Assembly: GCA_018815925.1 (NCBI GenBank)
Contig: JAHIWS010000019.1
Location: forward strand, 252-64,251
Origin: Nanobdellota archaeon
GTDB taxonomy: Archaea > Nanobdellota > Nanobdellia > Pacearchaeales > GW2011-AR1
Length of the DNA: 64,000 bases
Direction of reading: 5' to 3'
A model generated the notes under the pieces. The model was not told the DNA's origin, did no database searches, and saw only the letters and a program-made list of their open reading frames with translations. This document shows positions 28,078 to 37,006 of the stretch, piece after piece; positions within the stretch are counted from its first letter, which is position 1, and each line of letters opens with the position of its first letter. The translations under genes and the position numbers were made by a program.

Positions 28078-28236
28078 ATGGCAGATAATAAAGTACAAAT
28101 GCCTGCTGGATTTGGCGGGTTAACAAGATTTAGCGAAGAATATGACAGCAAAATAAAACTAAAACCAGTTCATGTCATTGCATTTATAATCTTAATAGTG
28201 GTATTTAGAATAGTATTATCTATATTTTATAATTAA
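28078..28236 (+). CDS. secG: Preprotein translocase subunit Sec61beta (archaeal SecG), 52 aa
   Basis: Below the ORF-track cutoff. MADNKVQMPAGFGGLTRFSEEYDSKIKLKPVHVIAFIILIVVFRIVLSIFYN matches the aGLxRYxdE..SKIxxKPxxVI + C-terminal TM pattern of archaeal Sec-beta. Confidence 0.75.
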   Translation: MADNKVQMPAGFGGLTRFSEEYDSKIKLKPVHVIAFIILIVVFRIVLSIFYN

Positions 28237-28237
28237 A

Positions 28238-28576
28238 ATGTTCGGACTAGGCGGAATGAATCCAAAAAAAATGCAAGGCCTAATGAAACAAATGGGCATT
28301 TCACAGCAAGAAATTTCTGCTTCTAAAGTAATTATAGAAAAAACAGATGGATCCAATATCATAGTGGAACCTGTTTCTGTAACAAAAATTAAGATGCAAG
28401 GCCAAGAAACATTTCAAATTGTTGGAGATATTAAAGAAGAAACTCCAGAAGTAAAAATGAATGAAGAAGATATTAAAACAGTTGCAGAAAAAACAGGAAA
28501 ATCAGAAGATGAAGCTAAAGCTGCTCTTGAAGAAACAGGGGATTTGGCTGAAGCTATTATAAAGTTGAGTGAGTAA
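28238..28576 (+). CDS. nac: Nascent polypeptide-associated complex protein (NAC)
   Basis: 112 aa. NAC domain (KVIIEKTDGSNIIVEPVSVTKIKMQGQETFQIVG) plus C-terminal UBA-like EEDIKTVAEKTGKSEDEAKAALEETGDLAEAI. Confidence 0.85.
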   Translation: MFGLGGMNPKKMQGLMKQMGISQQEISASKVIIEKTDGSNIIVEPVSVTKIKMQGQETFQIVGDIKEETPEVKMNEEDIKTVAEKTGKSEDEAKAALEETGDLAEAIIKLSE

Positions 28577-28627
28577 TATCTTCCTCAGTATAGATTTGTT
28601 TAAAAAAGACAAAGAAATAACAACACT

Positions 28628-28849
28628 ATGGCAGATGATAATAAAAAACCAGCAAAAATAGAAATAATGACTTTAGATTCACAATTAATAGAACAAGCAC
28701 CAGGTTTTGACAATGGATATACCCTAAAAATTAACACGTCTCTTCCAGAAGAGCATAAAACAATCAAAATTGCCCAATTACTTATAGATAAGGGATATAA
28801 ACCAAATCAGATAATTAAGTTAAAAATATATGCTGAACCTGTAGAATAA
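28628..28849 (+). CDS. hypothetical protein
   Basis: 73-aa ATG ORF. TGTTTAAAAAAG box about 25 nt upstream. Confidence 0.4.
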   Translation: MADDNKKPAKIEIMTLDSQLIEQAPGFDNGYTLKINTSLPEEHKTIKIAQLLIDKGYKPNQIIKLKIYAEPVE

Positions 28850-28894
28850 CCCCACCACCAAAATCCATATTAATTCTAATCACTTCTTACTTTA

Positions 28895-29359
28895 ATGGAG
28901 AAATTTTTAGAAAACCTTCAAAAAGCAGAAAAAACAATAAACACATGCGACCATATTGTTTATGTTACTTTTCCTTTAATAAAAGATAAAAACCTTTTAT
29001 TAAAAGTTTTCACAGAAACAAAAAAAGGAATTGGATATTGTATAAATGCAATACTACAATATGAATATCTTTATAAAAGAATCAAACTCTTCAAAAATCC
29101 TAAAATTAATTTGAGAACCTTTCAAGAAAAATGTTCTATAAGATATAACATAACAAAACAAGAAAACAACCTAATAACTAATTTATTTAATCTAGCTGAG
29201 AACCACAAAAAAAGTTCAATGGAATTCATGAGAAATGAAAAAATAATAATTCTTTCAGAAAATTTAGAAACAAAATCAATTTCCATTGAAAAAATAAAAG
29301 AATTTTTAATTCTAGCTAAAAATATCTTAGAAAAGTCAAAAAACAAAATTCTCAGATAA
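28895..29359 (+). CDS. all-helical hypothetical protein, paralog A
   Basis: 154 aa. Shares CDHIVYVTFP... and SMEFMRN...IEKIKEF segments with the next gene. Confidence 0.45.
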   Translation: MEKFLENLQKAEKTINTCDHIVYVTFPLIKDKNLLLKVFTETKKGIGYCINAILQYEYLYKRIKLFKNPKINLRTFQEKCSIRYNITKQENNLITNLFNLAENHKKSSMEFMRNEKIIILSENLETKSISIEKIKEFLILAKNILEKSKNKILR

Positions 29360-29420
29360 ATATAAAAACCCCAAAATGTTAATAGAATATAATTCTACAG
29401 AGGGAATTTAAGAATTGGGA

Positions 29421-29861
29421 ATGGAAGATATAATCAAAGAAAAAATAAGTGCAGACCATCTGCTGTATGTTAGTTTGAAATACACAAAAACTTGTGATGT
29501 TATTGTTAATCTGCTTCTAAGGTGGAGTAAAATGATTGAAACAAGTATTGAATCAGTTTTAAAACATGCAAAAAAGAAAAAAAAGATTTCTTCAATTCCT
29601 TCAAATCCAGTAGGAAAAATTGATGCTGTAAAAAAATTATTCAAAAAAGACCAAAATTATCTAAAGGTTATTGAAGAATATGAAATCTTTAAAAAAATCC
29701 GTGAGCTTAGAAAAGAAAGAATTGGGGAATTTAGAAAGAATGTCACATTAAAAGTATTTTACAAAGGCAAAGAAATTAATATAAATCTTGATAAATTAAA
29801 AGAATATGCAGAGATGTTAGAAAACTTTATAAGCACTACAAAACAATTTCTTCTATCTTAA
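29421..29861 (+). CDS. all-helical hypothetical protein, paralog B
   Basis: ADHLLYVSLK... and IGEFRKN...LDKLKEY align with paralog A. The track start 29415 is TTG; the ATG is at 29421. Confidence 0.45.
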   Translation: MEDIIKEKISADHLLYVSLKYTKTCDVIVNLLLRWSKMIETSIESVLKHAKKKKKISSIPSNPVGKIDAVKKLFKKDQNYLKVIEEYEIFKKIRELRKERIGEFRKNVTLKVFYKGKEININLDKLKEYAEMLENFISTTKQFLLS

Positions 29862-29880
29862 AGACAAAATTTAAATAAAA

Positions 29881-30657
29881 ATGAAAAAAGTTATTGTCAT
29901 TACATCTGGAAAAGGAGGTGTAGGAAAAACAACTACAGCAATTAATTTAGGAGCAGCTATGAATTATTTTGGGAAAGATGTCTTAATAATTGATGGTAAT
30001 TTAACAACCCCAAACGTTGGAATTCATTTAAATTCTCCAGAAGTTCCAATAAATTTAAACCATGTACTTCTTGAAAAAGCGGAACCTTTTGAATCAGTTT
30101 ATGAGCATGAATCTGGAATAAAAGTAATGCCTTCTTCAATCTCCATAAAAGAATTAAGAAAAGTAAAACCAGAAAAAATAGCAAACTACAAAAAAGATTT
30201 CAAAAAAATTTCTGATTATATAATTGTTGATAGTGCTGCTGGACTTGGCCATGAAGCAGAATCAGTAATAAAAATGGCTGATGAATTAATTATTGTCACA
30301 AATCCAGAAATAGCGGCAATCACAGATGCGTTAAAAACAGTAAAACTAGCTGAATTATTAAAAAAACCTGTTTTAGGGATTATTGTTTCTAGAGTTAAAA
30401 AAGATAAAATAGAAATGAAACCAGATGAAGTCAAAGAAATGTTGGAAGCCCCTATACTAGGAATGATTCCTGAAGATATAAATGTACAAAAATCTCTAGC
30501 ATTAAAAGATGCTGTCGTCCACACCCATCCAAAAAGTAAAGCTTCCAGGGCATATAAAGAAGTTGTATCTAAACTTTTAGATATTCCTTATAATTCGGAT
30601 AAAGACAGAGAAAAAACAATAATAAAACTTCTTAAAAAATTAGGATTGAAAAAATAA
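29881..30657 (+). CDS. minD: MinD/ParA-family ATPase (archaeal MinD-like)
   Basis: 258 aa. Deviant Walker A SGKGGVGKTT, Walker B YIIVDSAAG. Confidence 0.85.
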   Translation: MKKVIVITSGKGGVGKTTTAINLGAAMNYFGKDVLIIDGNLTTPNVGIHLNSPEVPINLNHVLLEKAEPFESVYEHESGIKVMPSSISIKELRKVKPEKIANYKKDFKKISDYIIVDSAAGLGHEAESVIKMADELIIVTNPEIAAITDALKTVKLAELLKKPVLGIIVSRVKKDKIEMKPDEVKEMLEAPILGMIPEDINVQKSLALKDAVVHTHPKSKASRAYKEVVSKLLDIPYNSDKDREKTIIKLLKKLGLKK

Positions 30658-31002
30658 TTAACTAATTTTGCTTCCAACTTCAATTTCTTTTTCAGGAGTA
30701 ATCAATATCACTTCCTCATGATCTTCTGTTGAAGCAGCTAAAATCATTCCCTGGCTTTCTATTCCCCTAAGCTTTCTAGGAGATAAATTAACAAAAACAA
30801 CTATTTTTCTATCTTTTAATTCTTCTTTTTTATAATATTCCTTAATTCCTGCACAAATTATCCTCTGCCCAATTTCTTTCCCAAGATCAATAGTAAATTT
30901 GTAAAGTTTATCAGCTCCTTCAATATCTTCTACTTTAACAATTTTACCAACTCTTAAATCTAATTTCTGCCATTCATCAAAACTAACAAGATCCTCAACC
31001 AT
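30658..31002 (-). CDS. Stand-alone tRNA-binding domain protein (Trbp111 / MetRS C-terminal domain-like)
   Basis: 114 aa. LDLRVGKIVKVEDIEGADKLYKFTIDLG...RIICAGIKEYY...VVFVNLSPRKLRGIESQGMILAA is an OB-fold tRNA_bind pattern. Confidence 0.85.
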   Translation of the reverse strand: MVEDLVSFDEWQKLDLRVGKIVKVEDIEGADKLYKFTIDLGKEIGQRIICAGIKEYYKKEELKDRKIVVFVNLSPRKLRGIESQGMILAASTEDHEEVILITPEKEIEVGSKIS

Positions 31003-31003
31003 T

Positions 31004-31228
31004 TTATTTTTTTACTATTACTATTGCTTTTTTATTTACATATTTTTTAGGTAAAATAATATGGCTTGAATTTCTAAATGGTTGTATTTTAATGTCCTTT
31101 ACTTTTTCTGGAATAATTTTCTTCATGCTAGCATAAATTTTTTTAAAATCCTTTTGAAATCTATCTAAATTAATTTTAAATTCTCTAGAATTTAATTCAA
31201 TTCGTTTCGCACTCTTAGTTTTCTTCAT
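31004..31228 (-). CDS. DUF2080/AbrB-like small protein
   Basis: 74 aa. C-terminal IQPFRNSSHIILPKKYVNKKAIVIV resembles the GNSxxVxxPKxxxGKxV signature. The start overlaps the metG stop by 4 nt. Confidence 0.5.
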   Translation of the reverse strand: MKKTKSAKRIELNSREFKINLDRFQKDFKKIYASMKKIIPEKVKDIKIQPFRNSSHIILPKKYVNKKAIVIVKK

Positions 31229-32595
31229 TTTGTCTTAACAAACAAAGGTTCAGCTTTTTTAATCTTTGTTGCACTAAAAATATTCTTAATTTTCTCACTT
31301 GATTCAGGAATAAAAGGCCACAACAACTCAGAAATCTTCAAGATACTTTCTTTTAATTCATAAAGAACTTTTTTATCTTTGGTTTCCCAAGGTTTTTTAT
31401 TCTGAATATACTCATTGCAAACATCAATAAAAGCAAAGATTTCATTTAAAGCCTTATCTAATTCAAAACTTTCAAATAATTTCTCAATCTTTTTTTCATT
31501 TAATTTTTTAATTAGTGTATTATCACATTTTTGAATTCCATTCTTTTCAATTAACCCACTAGTTCTTGAAACTAAATTTCCTAGCTTGTTTGCTAATTCA
31601 TTATTATATCTCTCAATTAATATCTCTTCAGAATAATCAGAATCATCAAAAACACTGCATCTCAGCAAAGAATATCTAACTGCATCTGTTCCATATTTTT
31701 TAATTAATTCTAAAGGGTCTATAACATTTCCAACACTTTTACTAATTTTCCTACCTTTAAGATTTAAATAACCATGGACAAGCAAAATTTTAGGTAATTT
31801 ACAGCCAGCAGATATTAGTATAGCAGGCCAAATAACAGAATGAAACCAATTAATTCCTTTTCCAATAACATGAATATCTGCTGGCCATTTATCTTTTGCC
31901 CCAGAAATATAATTAATAAGTGCATCTACCCAAACATAAACTTTATACTTTTTATCTTTAGGAAAATCAATTCCCCATTTCGCATTGCTCCTAGAAATAC
32001 AAAGATCATTTAAATCATCTTTTAATCTACCTAAAATTTCATTTCTTTTTGATTCTGGAATAACATATGTTTTCACAAATCTAATTAATTTTTCCCTGTA
32101 TTTACCTAGTTTAAAAAAATAAGCTTCTTCAGACATTAATTCAGGTTTTTTATTATGTTCAAGACATTTGCCCTCAACTAAATCTTTTTCAGTTTTATAT
32201 CCTTCACAACCACTACAATAATATCCCTCATATTTACTTTTGTAGATATCTCCTTTTTTAATTATTTTATTTAAAATTTCATGAACAACCAGGGCATGTT
32301 CTTTTGCACTTGTTCTAATAAATTTATTATGGTTTATGTTTAATTTCTCTACTAATTCAACAAAATAACCTGTATTTTTATTTATAAAATCTTTAACACC
32401 CACTCCAGCTATTTCTGCTGCTTGAACATTTTTTTGAGCATTTTCATCTACACCAGTTAAAAAGAAAACCTTCTCTCCTTTTTGTTTATGATATCTAGCT
32501 AAAGCATCTGCTATAACTTTCTCAAATGCATGACCAATATGTGGCTTAGCATTTACATAATCTATTGCAGTTGTAATATAAAATTTCTTTGACAT
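31225..32595 (-). CDS. metG: Methionyl-tRNA synthetase (core enzyme without C-terminal tRNA-binding domain)
   Basis: 456 aa. AKPHIGHAF (HIGH), CSGCEGY...C knuckle, KISKSVGN (KMSKS). Confidence 0.92.
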   Translation of the reverse strand: MSKKFYITTAIDYVNAKPHIGHAFEKVIADALARYHKQKGEKVFFLTGVDENAQKNVQAAEIAGVGVKDFINKNTGYFVELVEKLNINHNKFIRTSAKEHALVVHEILNKIIKKGDIYKSKYEGYYCSGCEGYKTEKDLVEGKCLEHNKKPELMSEEAYFFKLGKYREKLIRFVKTYVIPESKRNEILGRLKDDLNDLCISRSNAKWGIDFPKDKKYKVYVWVDALINYISGAKDKWPADIHVIGKGINWFHSVIWPAILISAGCKLPKILLVHGYLNLKGRKISKSVGNVIDPLELIKKYGTDAVRYSLLRCSVFDDSDYSEEILIERYNNELANKLGNLVSRTSGLIEKNGIQKCDNTLIKKLNEKKIEKLFESFELDKALNEIFAFIDVCNEYIQNKKPWETKDKKVLYELKESILKISELLWPFIPESSEKIKNIFSATKIKKAEPLFVKTK

Positions 32596-32625
32596 GAAAC
32601 TAAAAAAAGAAATGAGTATAAAAAC

Positions 32626-33114
32626 TTAACCAATAAGAATCTTTCTCTCAACATATTCATCAGGTTTTTTCAATCTATCTGCAATAGAAAGGATATGGGG
32701 ATACATAGAAGCTGCCTCTCTTTCTTCAAAACCCAAATCTTTCATAACCTCTACGTAATCACTTTCTGAAAGGTTAAAATCAGGCTTAAGAGAATAAGTT
32801 AAAAAAATACTTCTAGCCTCCCTTGTTTCAGAAATTAATTTTTCTAATTCAGAACCAAGCTTAGAATGTCTTTTTTTGAAAATATCCACTGCATCCCTTA
32901 TAGATCTTGCATATTTTGATTCTGATTCCTGTTTTACTGCAACTAAGATTCTTTTCCCAATTTTTTCTTTTTCTTTAATTAAATTATCTATTTCGCTAGC
33001 TCTTTTATTTAAGTTTCTTACCCCTTTTTGCCCTAAATTATTCAAAAGCCTATAAGTTCTATCTGCAGCTATTAACCTTCTTACTTTTTTCTCAATATCT
33101 GTTCTCTCAGGCAT
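32626..33114 (-). CDS. hypothetical protein
   Basis: 162-aa ATG ORF, helical; no motif. Confidence 0.45.
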   Translation of the reverse strand: MPERTDIEKKVRRLIAADRTYRLLNNLGQKGVRNLNKRASEIDNLIKEKEKIGKRILVAVKQESESKYARSIRDAVDIFKKRHSKLGSELEKLISETREARSIFLTYSLKPDFNLSESDYVEVMKDLGFEEREAASMYPHILSIADRLKKPDEYVERKILIG

Positions 33115-33211
33115 GCAAAACCCAAATATTCCCTATTTATAATAATTTAGATTCTTAATCAACAAATTTAAATATATACAAAAACTTAAAACAATATACA
33201 AAAGAGGAAAA

Positions 33212-34192
33212 ATGAATATAGCTATTAATGGTTTAGGAAGAATTGGGAGACTTGTGTTAAAAATTGCTTTAGAAAGAGGATTAAACATTGTTGCAGTAAA
33301 TGACCTTGTAGACACAAAAACACTGGCTTATCTCCTAAAATATGATTCTGTGTATGGTATATATAATAAAAAAGTAGAAACTGGAAAAGATTTTATCAAA
33401 ATAAACAATAAAAAAATAGAGGTTTTTTCTGAACAAGATCCAGAAAAACTTCCTTGGAAAAACCTAAAAATAAATTATGTTGTAGAAGCAACAGGGATTT
33501 TCAGAGATAGAGTTGGATCAGAAAAACATCTTAAAGCAGGAGCAAAAAAGGTAATAATATCTGCACCATGTAAAGAACCAGATATAACAATAGTTTTAGG
33601 AGTTAATGAACAAAAACTAAATAAAAACCATAAAATAATTTCAATGGCTTCTTGCACAACTAATTGCCTAGCACCTTTAGCAAAAGTTCTAGAAGATAAA
33701 TTCAAAATAAAAAAAGCATTTATGACTACTATCCATGCATATACTACAAGTCAAAAAATTCTTGATCTTCCCGATAAAAAACTAAGAAGAGGCAGAGCTG
33801 CTGCAATAAATATTATTCCTACAACAACAGGAGCAACAAGTGCAACTTCAGAGGTAATTCCAAGTCTCAAAAACAAGATAAATGGTTTGGCTTTCAGAGT
33901 CCCTGTTGCATGTGGAAGTGTTGTTGATCTTGTAGCTGAATTAGGGAAAAAAGTAAAAAAAGAACAAATAAACCAAGCACTTAAACAAGTTGCTTCTGGA
34001 AAACTCAAAGGAATAATACAATATACTGAAGATGAAATTGTATCGTCAGATATAATAAAAAATACTCATTCTTGTATAATAGATGGTTTATCAACACAAG
34101 TCATTGGAAACACAGTTAAAGTAGTTGCCTGGTATGATAATGAGTATGGTTACAGCTGTAGAATGGTTGAGCTTCTAAAGAGGTTGAGATAA
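33212..34192 (+). CDS. gap: Glyceraldehyde-3-phosphate dehydrogenase, class I (bacterial/eukaryal type)
   Basis: 326 aa. NGLGRIGR, active site ASCTTNCLAPLAKV, WYDNEYGYS. Confidence 0.92.
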   Translation: MNIAINGLGRIGRLVLKIALERGLNIVAVNDLVDTKTLAYLLKYDSVYGIYNKKVETGKDFIKINNKKIEVFSEQDPEKLPWKNLKINYVVEATGIFRDRVGSEKHLKAGAKKVIISAPCKEPDITIVLGVNEQKLNKNHKIISMASCTTNCLAPLAKVLEDKFKIKKAFMTTIHAYTTSQKILDLPDKKLRRGRAAAINIIPTTTGATSATSEVIPSLKNKINGLAFRVPVACGSVVDLVAELGKKVKKEQINQALKQVASGKLKGIIQYTEDEIVSSDIIKNTHSCIIDGLSTQVIGNTVKVVAWYDNEYGYSCRMVELLKRLR

Positions 34193-35113
34193 ATGTTATA
34201 TGATATGGTTATCATAGGAGCAGGGCCTTCAGGAATGACTGCAGCAATTTATGCCGCTAGAAGAAAGATAAAATTTCTAATTCTTAGTATGGATATTGGA
34301 GGACAAATGAACTGGAGCTCTGAGGTAGATAATTATCCAGGAATACCAGACATAACAGGAATTGAAATAGTAAAAAAATTCAATGAACATCTTAAAGATT
34401 ATAATATAAAAGTAAAAAATGAAGAAGTTTTAGACATAAAACAAAAAGGAAAAATCTTAATTGTAAAAACAAAAAAAACAACCTATGAAACAAAAACAAT
34501 AATAATTGGTTCTGGAAAAAAACCTAAAAAACTAAACATTTCAGGAGAAGATAATTTATTAGGAAAAGGTGTTAGTTATTGTGCAACTTGTGATGCCCCC
34601 CTCTACAAAGATAAGATAGTTGCTATTATAGGTGCAGGCAATTCAGGATTAGAAGCAGCACTACATTTAGCACAATATGCAAAAAAAATCTATTTAATTG
34701 ATTCACTAGAAAAAATAGCAGGAGAACCTTATCTCAAGGACAGAGTTTTACAAAATAAAAAAATAAGTTTCATAGGGGGAGCAAAAATAAAGGAAATCAT
34801 AGGTAAACAAACAGTAGAAGCATTAAAATATGAATCAAAAGCAGAACAAACTAATTTACCTGTACAAGGAATTTTTATTGAAACAGGTCTTATTGCCAAA
34901 GTTGATTTTGCAAATCTTGTAAAGAAAAATAAATGGGGGGAAATTATGATTTTTAGGAGCACAAAAACACATGAAGAAAATATGACTAACATTCCAGGAA
35001 TATTTGCAGCAGGAGATGTCACAGATATACCTTCAAAACAAATAGTTGTTGCAGCAGGAGAAGGTTGCAAAGCTGCACTCGCAGCTTTTGATTATATAAA
35101 TAAATTTAAGTAA
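34193..35113 (+). CDS. trxB: Thioredoxin-disulfide reductase
   Basis: 306 aa. GAGPSG (FAD), redox-active CATC, GAGNSG (NADPH), GDV. The ATG directly abuts the gap stop codon. Confidence 0.88.
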   Translation: MLYDMVIIGAGPSGMTAAIYAARRKIKFLILSMDIGGQMNWSSEVDNYPGIPDITGIEIVKKFNEHLKDYNIKVKNEEVLDIKQKGKILIVKTKKTTYETKTIIIGSGKKPKKLNISGEDNLLGKGVSYCATCDAPLYKDKIVAIIGAGNSGLEAALHLAQYAKKIYLIDSLEKIAGEPYLKDRVLQNKKISFIGGAKIKEIIGKQTVEALKYESKAEQTNLPVQGIFIETGLIAKVDFANLVKKNKWGEIMIFRSTKTHEENMTNIPGIFAAGDVTDIPSKQIVVAAGEGCKAALAAFDYINKFK

Positions 35114-35168
35114 AACTAAAACCCAAAATTTATAATACATTCTTTCTTTAATTTATTGAGGTAAAAAT

Positions 35169-36302
35169 ATGAAATTTATTTCTAAAGAAATGAATCTAAA
35201 AGGAAAAACAATACTTCTAAGAGCAGATCTTGATTCAAATTATGTTAATAAGAAAATTATTAGTGGGGGGAGAATTAAGCAAGCAGCTGAAACAATTAAA
35301 TTTTTAAAAAAGAAAGGGGCCAGAGTTGTAGTTATTGCTCATCAAGGAAGACCAAATAGAGGAAATTGTACCTCTTTTAAAAGTCATGCGAAATTCCTTA
35401 GTAAATATACTAAAGTAAAATTTGTTAATGATTTATTTGGAAAAAAAGTTGAAAAGGCCATTAAAAACCTAAAAAATGGAAAAGTTATTTTATTGGAAAA
35501 TGTTAGAAAATATAAAGAAGAGTACAAGTTAGGAAAAAATAAATTTGTTGAAAATTTATCTAATTGGTGCAATATTTATGTTAATGATGCATTTAGCAAT
35601 AGTCATAGAAAGCATACATCTATGGTTAGTTTTGCAAAAGTAATGCCTAATTATTCTGGACCTTTATTAGAAAAAGAAATTGCATCGCTAAAAAGAATTC
35701 ACCTAAAAAAAACTTTATTTATTTTAGGAGGTGCAAAACCAAAAGATAATTTAAAATTATTAAGTAAAGGAAAAATTTTAGCATGTGGTTTATTTGGACA
35801 AATGTGTTTAATTACTAAAGGAAAAAATCTTGGAGCACAAGATAAATATTTGAAAAAATTAGTGAAAGATTTTAATCATGTTGTTAAGAAAATAAAACCT
35901 AGATTAAAAAATGTAATTACCCCGCTTGATTTTGGAGTAAAGATTCATGGAAAAAGAAAAGATTTAAATTTAAGTGAATTTCCAAGCAAATATGAAATCT
36001 TTGATATTGGACCCAAAACAAGAAAATTATTTATTAAAGAAATTAAAAAAGCAAAATCAATCTATATGAAAGGGCCTGTTGGAGATTTTTCAAGTAAAGG
36101 ATTTGAAAAAGGAACTTTTGAAATATTAAAAGCAATTGCAAAGAATAAAGGATTTAGTTTAATTGGGGGAGGGCATTTAAGTGATGCTATTGAAAAATCC
36201 GGGGTTAATAAAAAAAAGTTTAGTCATGTTAGTTTATCTGGAGGAGCATTATTAAATTATATTGCAGGTGAAAAACTTCCTGGTATTGAGGTTTTGAGAT
36301 GA
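35169..36302 (+). CDS. pgk: Phosphoglycerate kinase
   Basis: 377 aa. LRADLDSN, AHQGRP, C-terminal SLSGGALLNYIAGEKLPGIEVL. Confidence 0.85.
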   Translation: MKFISKEMNLKGKTILLRADLDSNYVNKKIISGGRIKQAAETIKFLKKKGARVVVIAHQGRPNRGNCTSFKSHAKFLSKYTKVKFVNDLFGKKVEKAIKNLKNGKVILLENVRKYKEEYKLGKNKFVENLSNWCNIYVNDAFSNSHRKHTSMVSFAKVMPNYSGPLLEKEIASLKRIHLKKTLFILGGAKPKDNLKLLSKGKILACGLFGQMCLITKGKNLGAQDKYLKKLVKDFNHVVKKIKPRLKNVITPLDFGVKIHGKRKDLNLSEFPSKYEIFDIGPKTRKLFIKEIKKAKSIYMKGPVGDFSSKGFEKGTFEILKAIAKNKGFSLIGGGHLSDAIEKSGVNKKKFSHVSLSGGALLNYIAGEKLPGIEVLR

Positions 36303-37006
36303 AACTAATAAAAACAAAAAATTACAAAGAATTGTCTAAAAAAGCTGCAGAATTAATTATCTCTGAGGTTAAGGAAAAACCTAATTTAGTTATTTGTTTT
36401 GCAACTGGTAAGACCCCTAGAGGAATATATAAAAGTTTGGTTAAATCTTATAAGAAAAAGAAGATTGATTTTTCAAAAGTTGGATGTTTTAATTTAGATG
36501 AATATTATCCAATAGAAAAGAGCGATAAAAAGAGCTTTTATTATTATTTAGTTAATAGATTATTTAGTAAGATTAATATAAAAAAGAAAAATATTAATTT
36601 ATTAAATGGGGAGACTAAAAATCCTAAGTTAGAGTGTTTGAATTATGAGAAAAAAATTAAGAAGCAGGGGATTGATTTAGCTATTTTAGGTGTTGGTGTT
36701 AATGGGCATATTGCTTTTAATGAACCTGGTTCTAGTTTTAGTTCTAAGACAAGAGTTGTTGAATTAGCTAAAGAAACAATTAAAAGAAATTCAGGTTTTT
36801 ACAATAAGGTACCAAATAAAGCCTTAACAACAGGAATTAATACAATTATGAAATCAAAAGAAATTATTTTGCTTGCAAATGGAAAATCTAAGTCAGAAGC
36901 AATTAAACACCTAGTTAAAGATAAACCAGATAAATCTTGGCCTATAACATTTTTAAAAAGACATAAAAATCTTATTGTGATAATTAGTAAAGAGGTGTTG
37001 AAATGA
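36299..37006 (+). CDS. nagB: Glucosamine-6-phosphate deaminase / 6-phosphogluconolactonase family (NagB-like)
   Basis: 235 aa. ATGKTP, FNLDEY, GVGVNGHIAFNEPGS. ATGA overlap with pgk. Confidence 0.72.
   Translation: MKLIKTKNYKELSKKAAELIISEVKEKPNLVICFATGKTPRGIYKSLVKSYKKKKIDFSKVGCFNLDEYYPIEKSDKKSFYYYLVNRLFSKINIKKKNINLLNGETKNPKLECLNYEKKIKKQGIDLAILGVGVNGHIAFNEPGSSFSSKTRVVELAKETIKRNSGFYNKVPNKALTTGINTIMKSKEIILLANGKSKSEAIKHLVKDKPDKSWPITFLKRHKNLIVIISKEVLK

Noticed and set aside
28895-29861. A diversity-generating retroelement (template/variable repeat pair) explaining the paralogous helical genes.
   Set aside because: There is no reverse transcriptase in the window. The similarity is at the protein-motif level only, with no near-identical nucleotide repeat showing adenine-specific differences.
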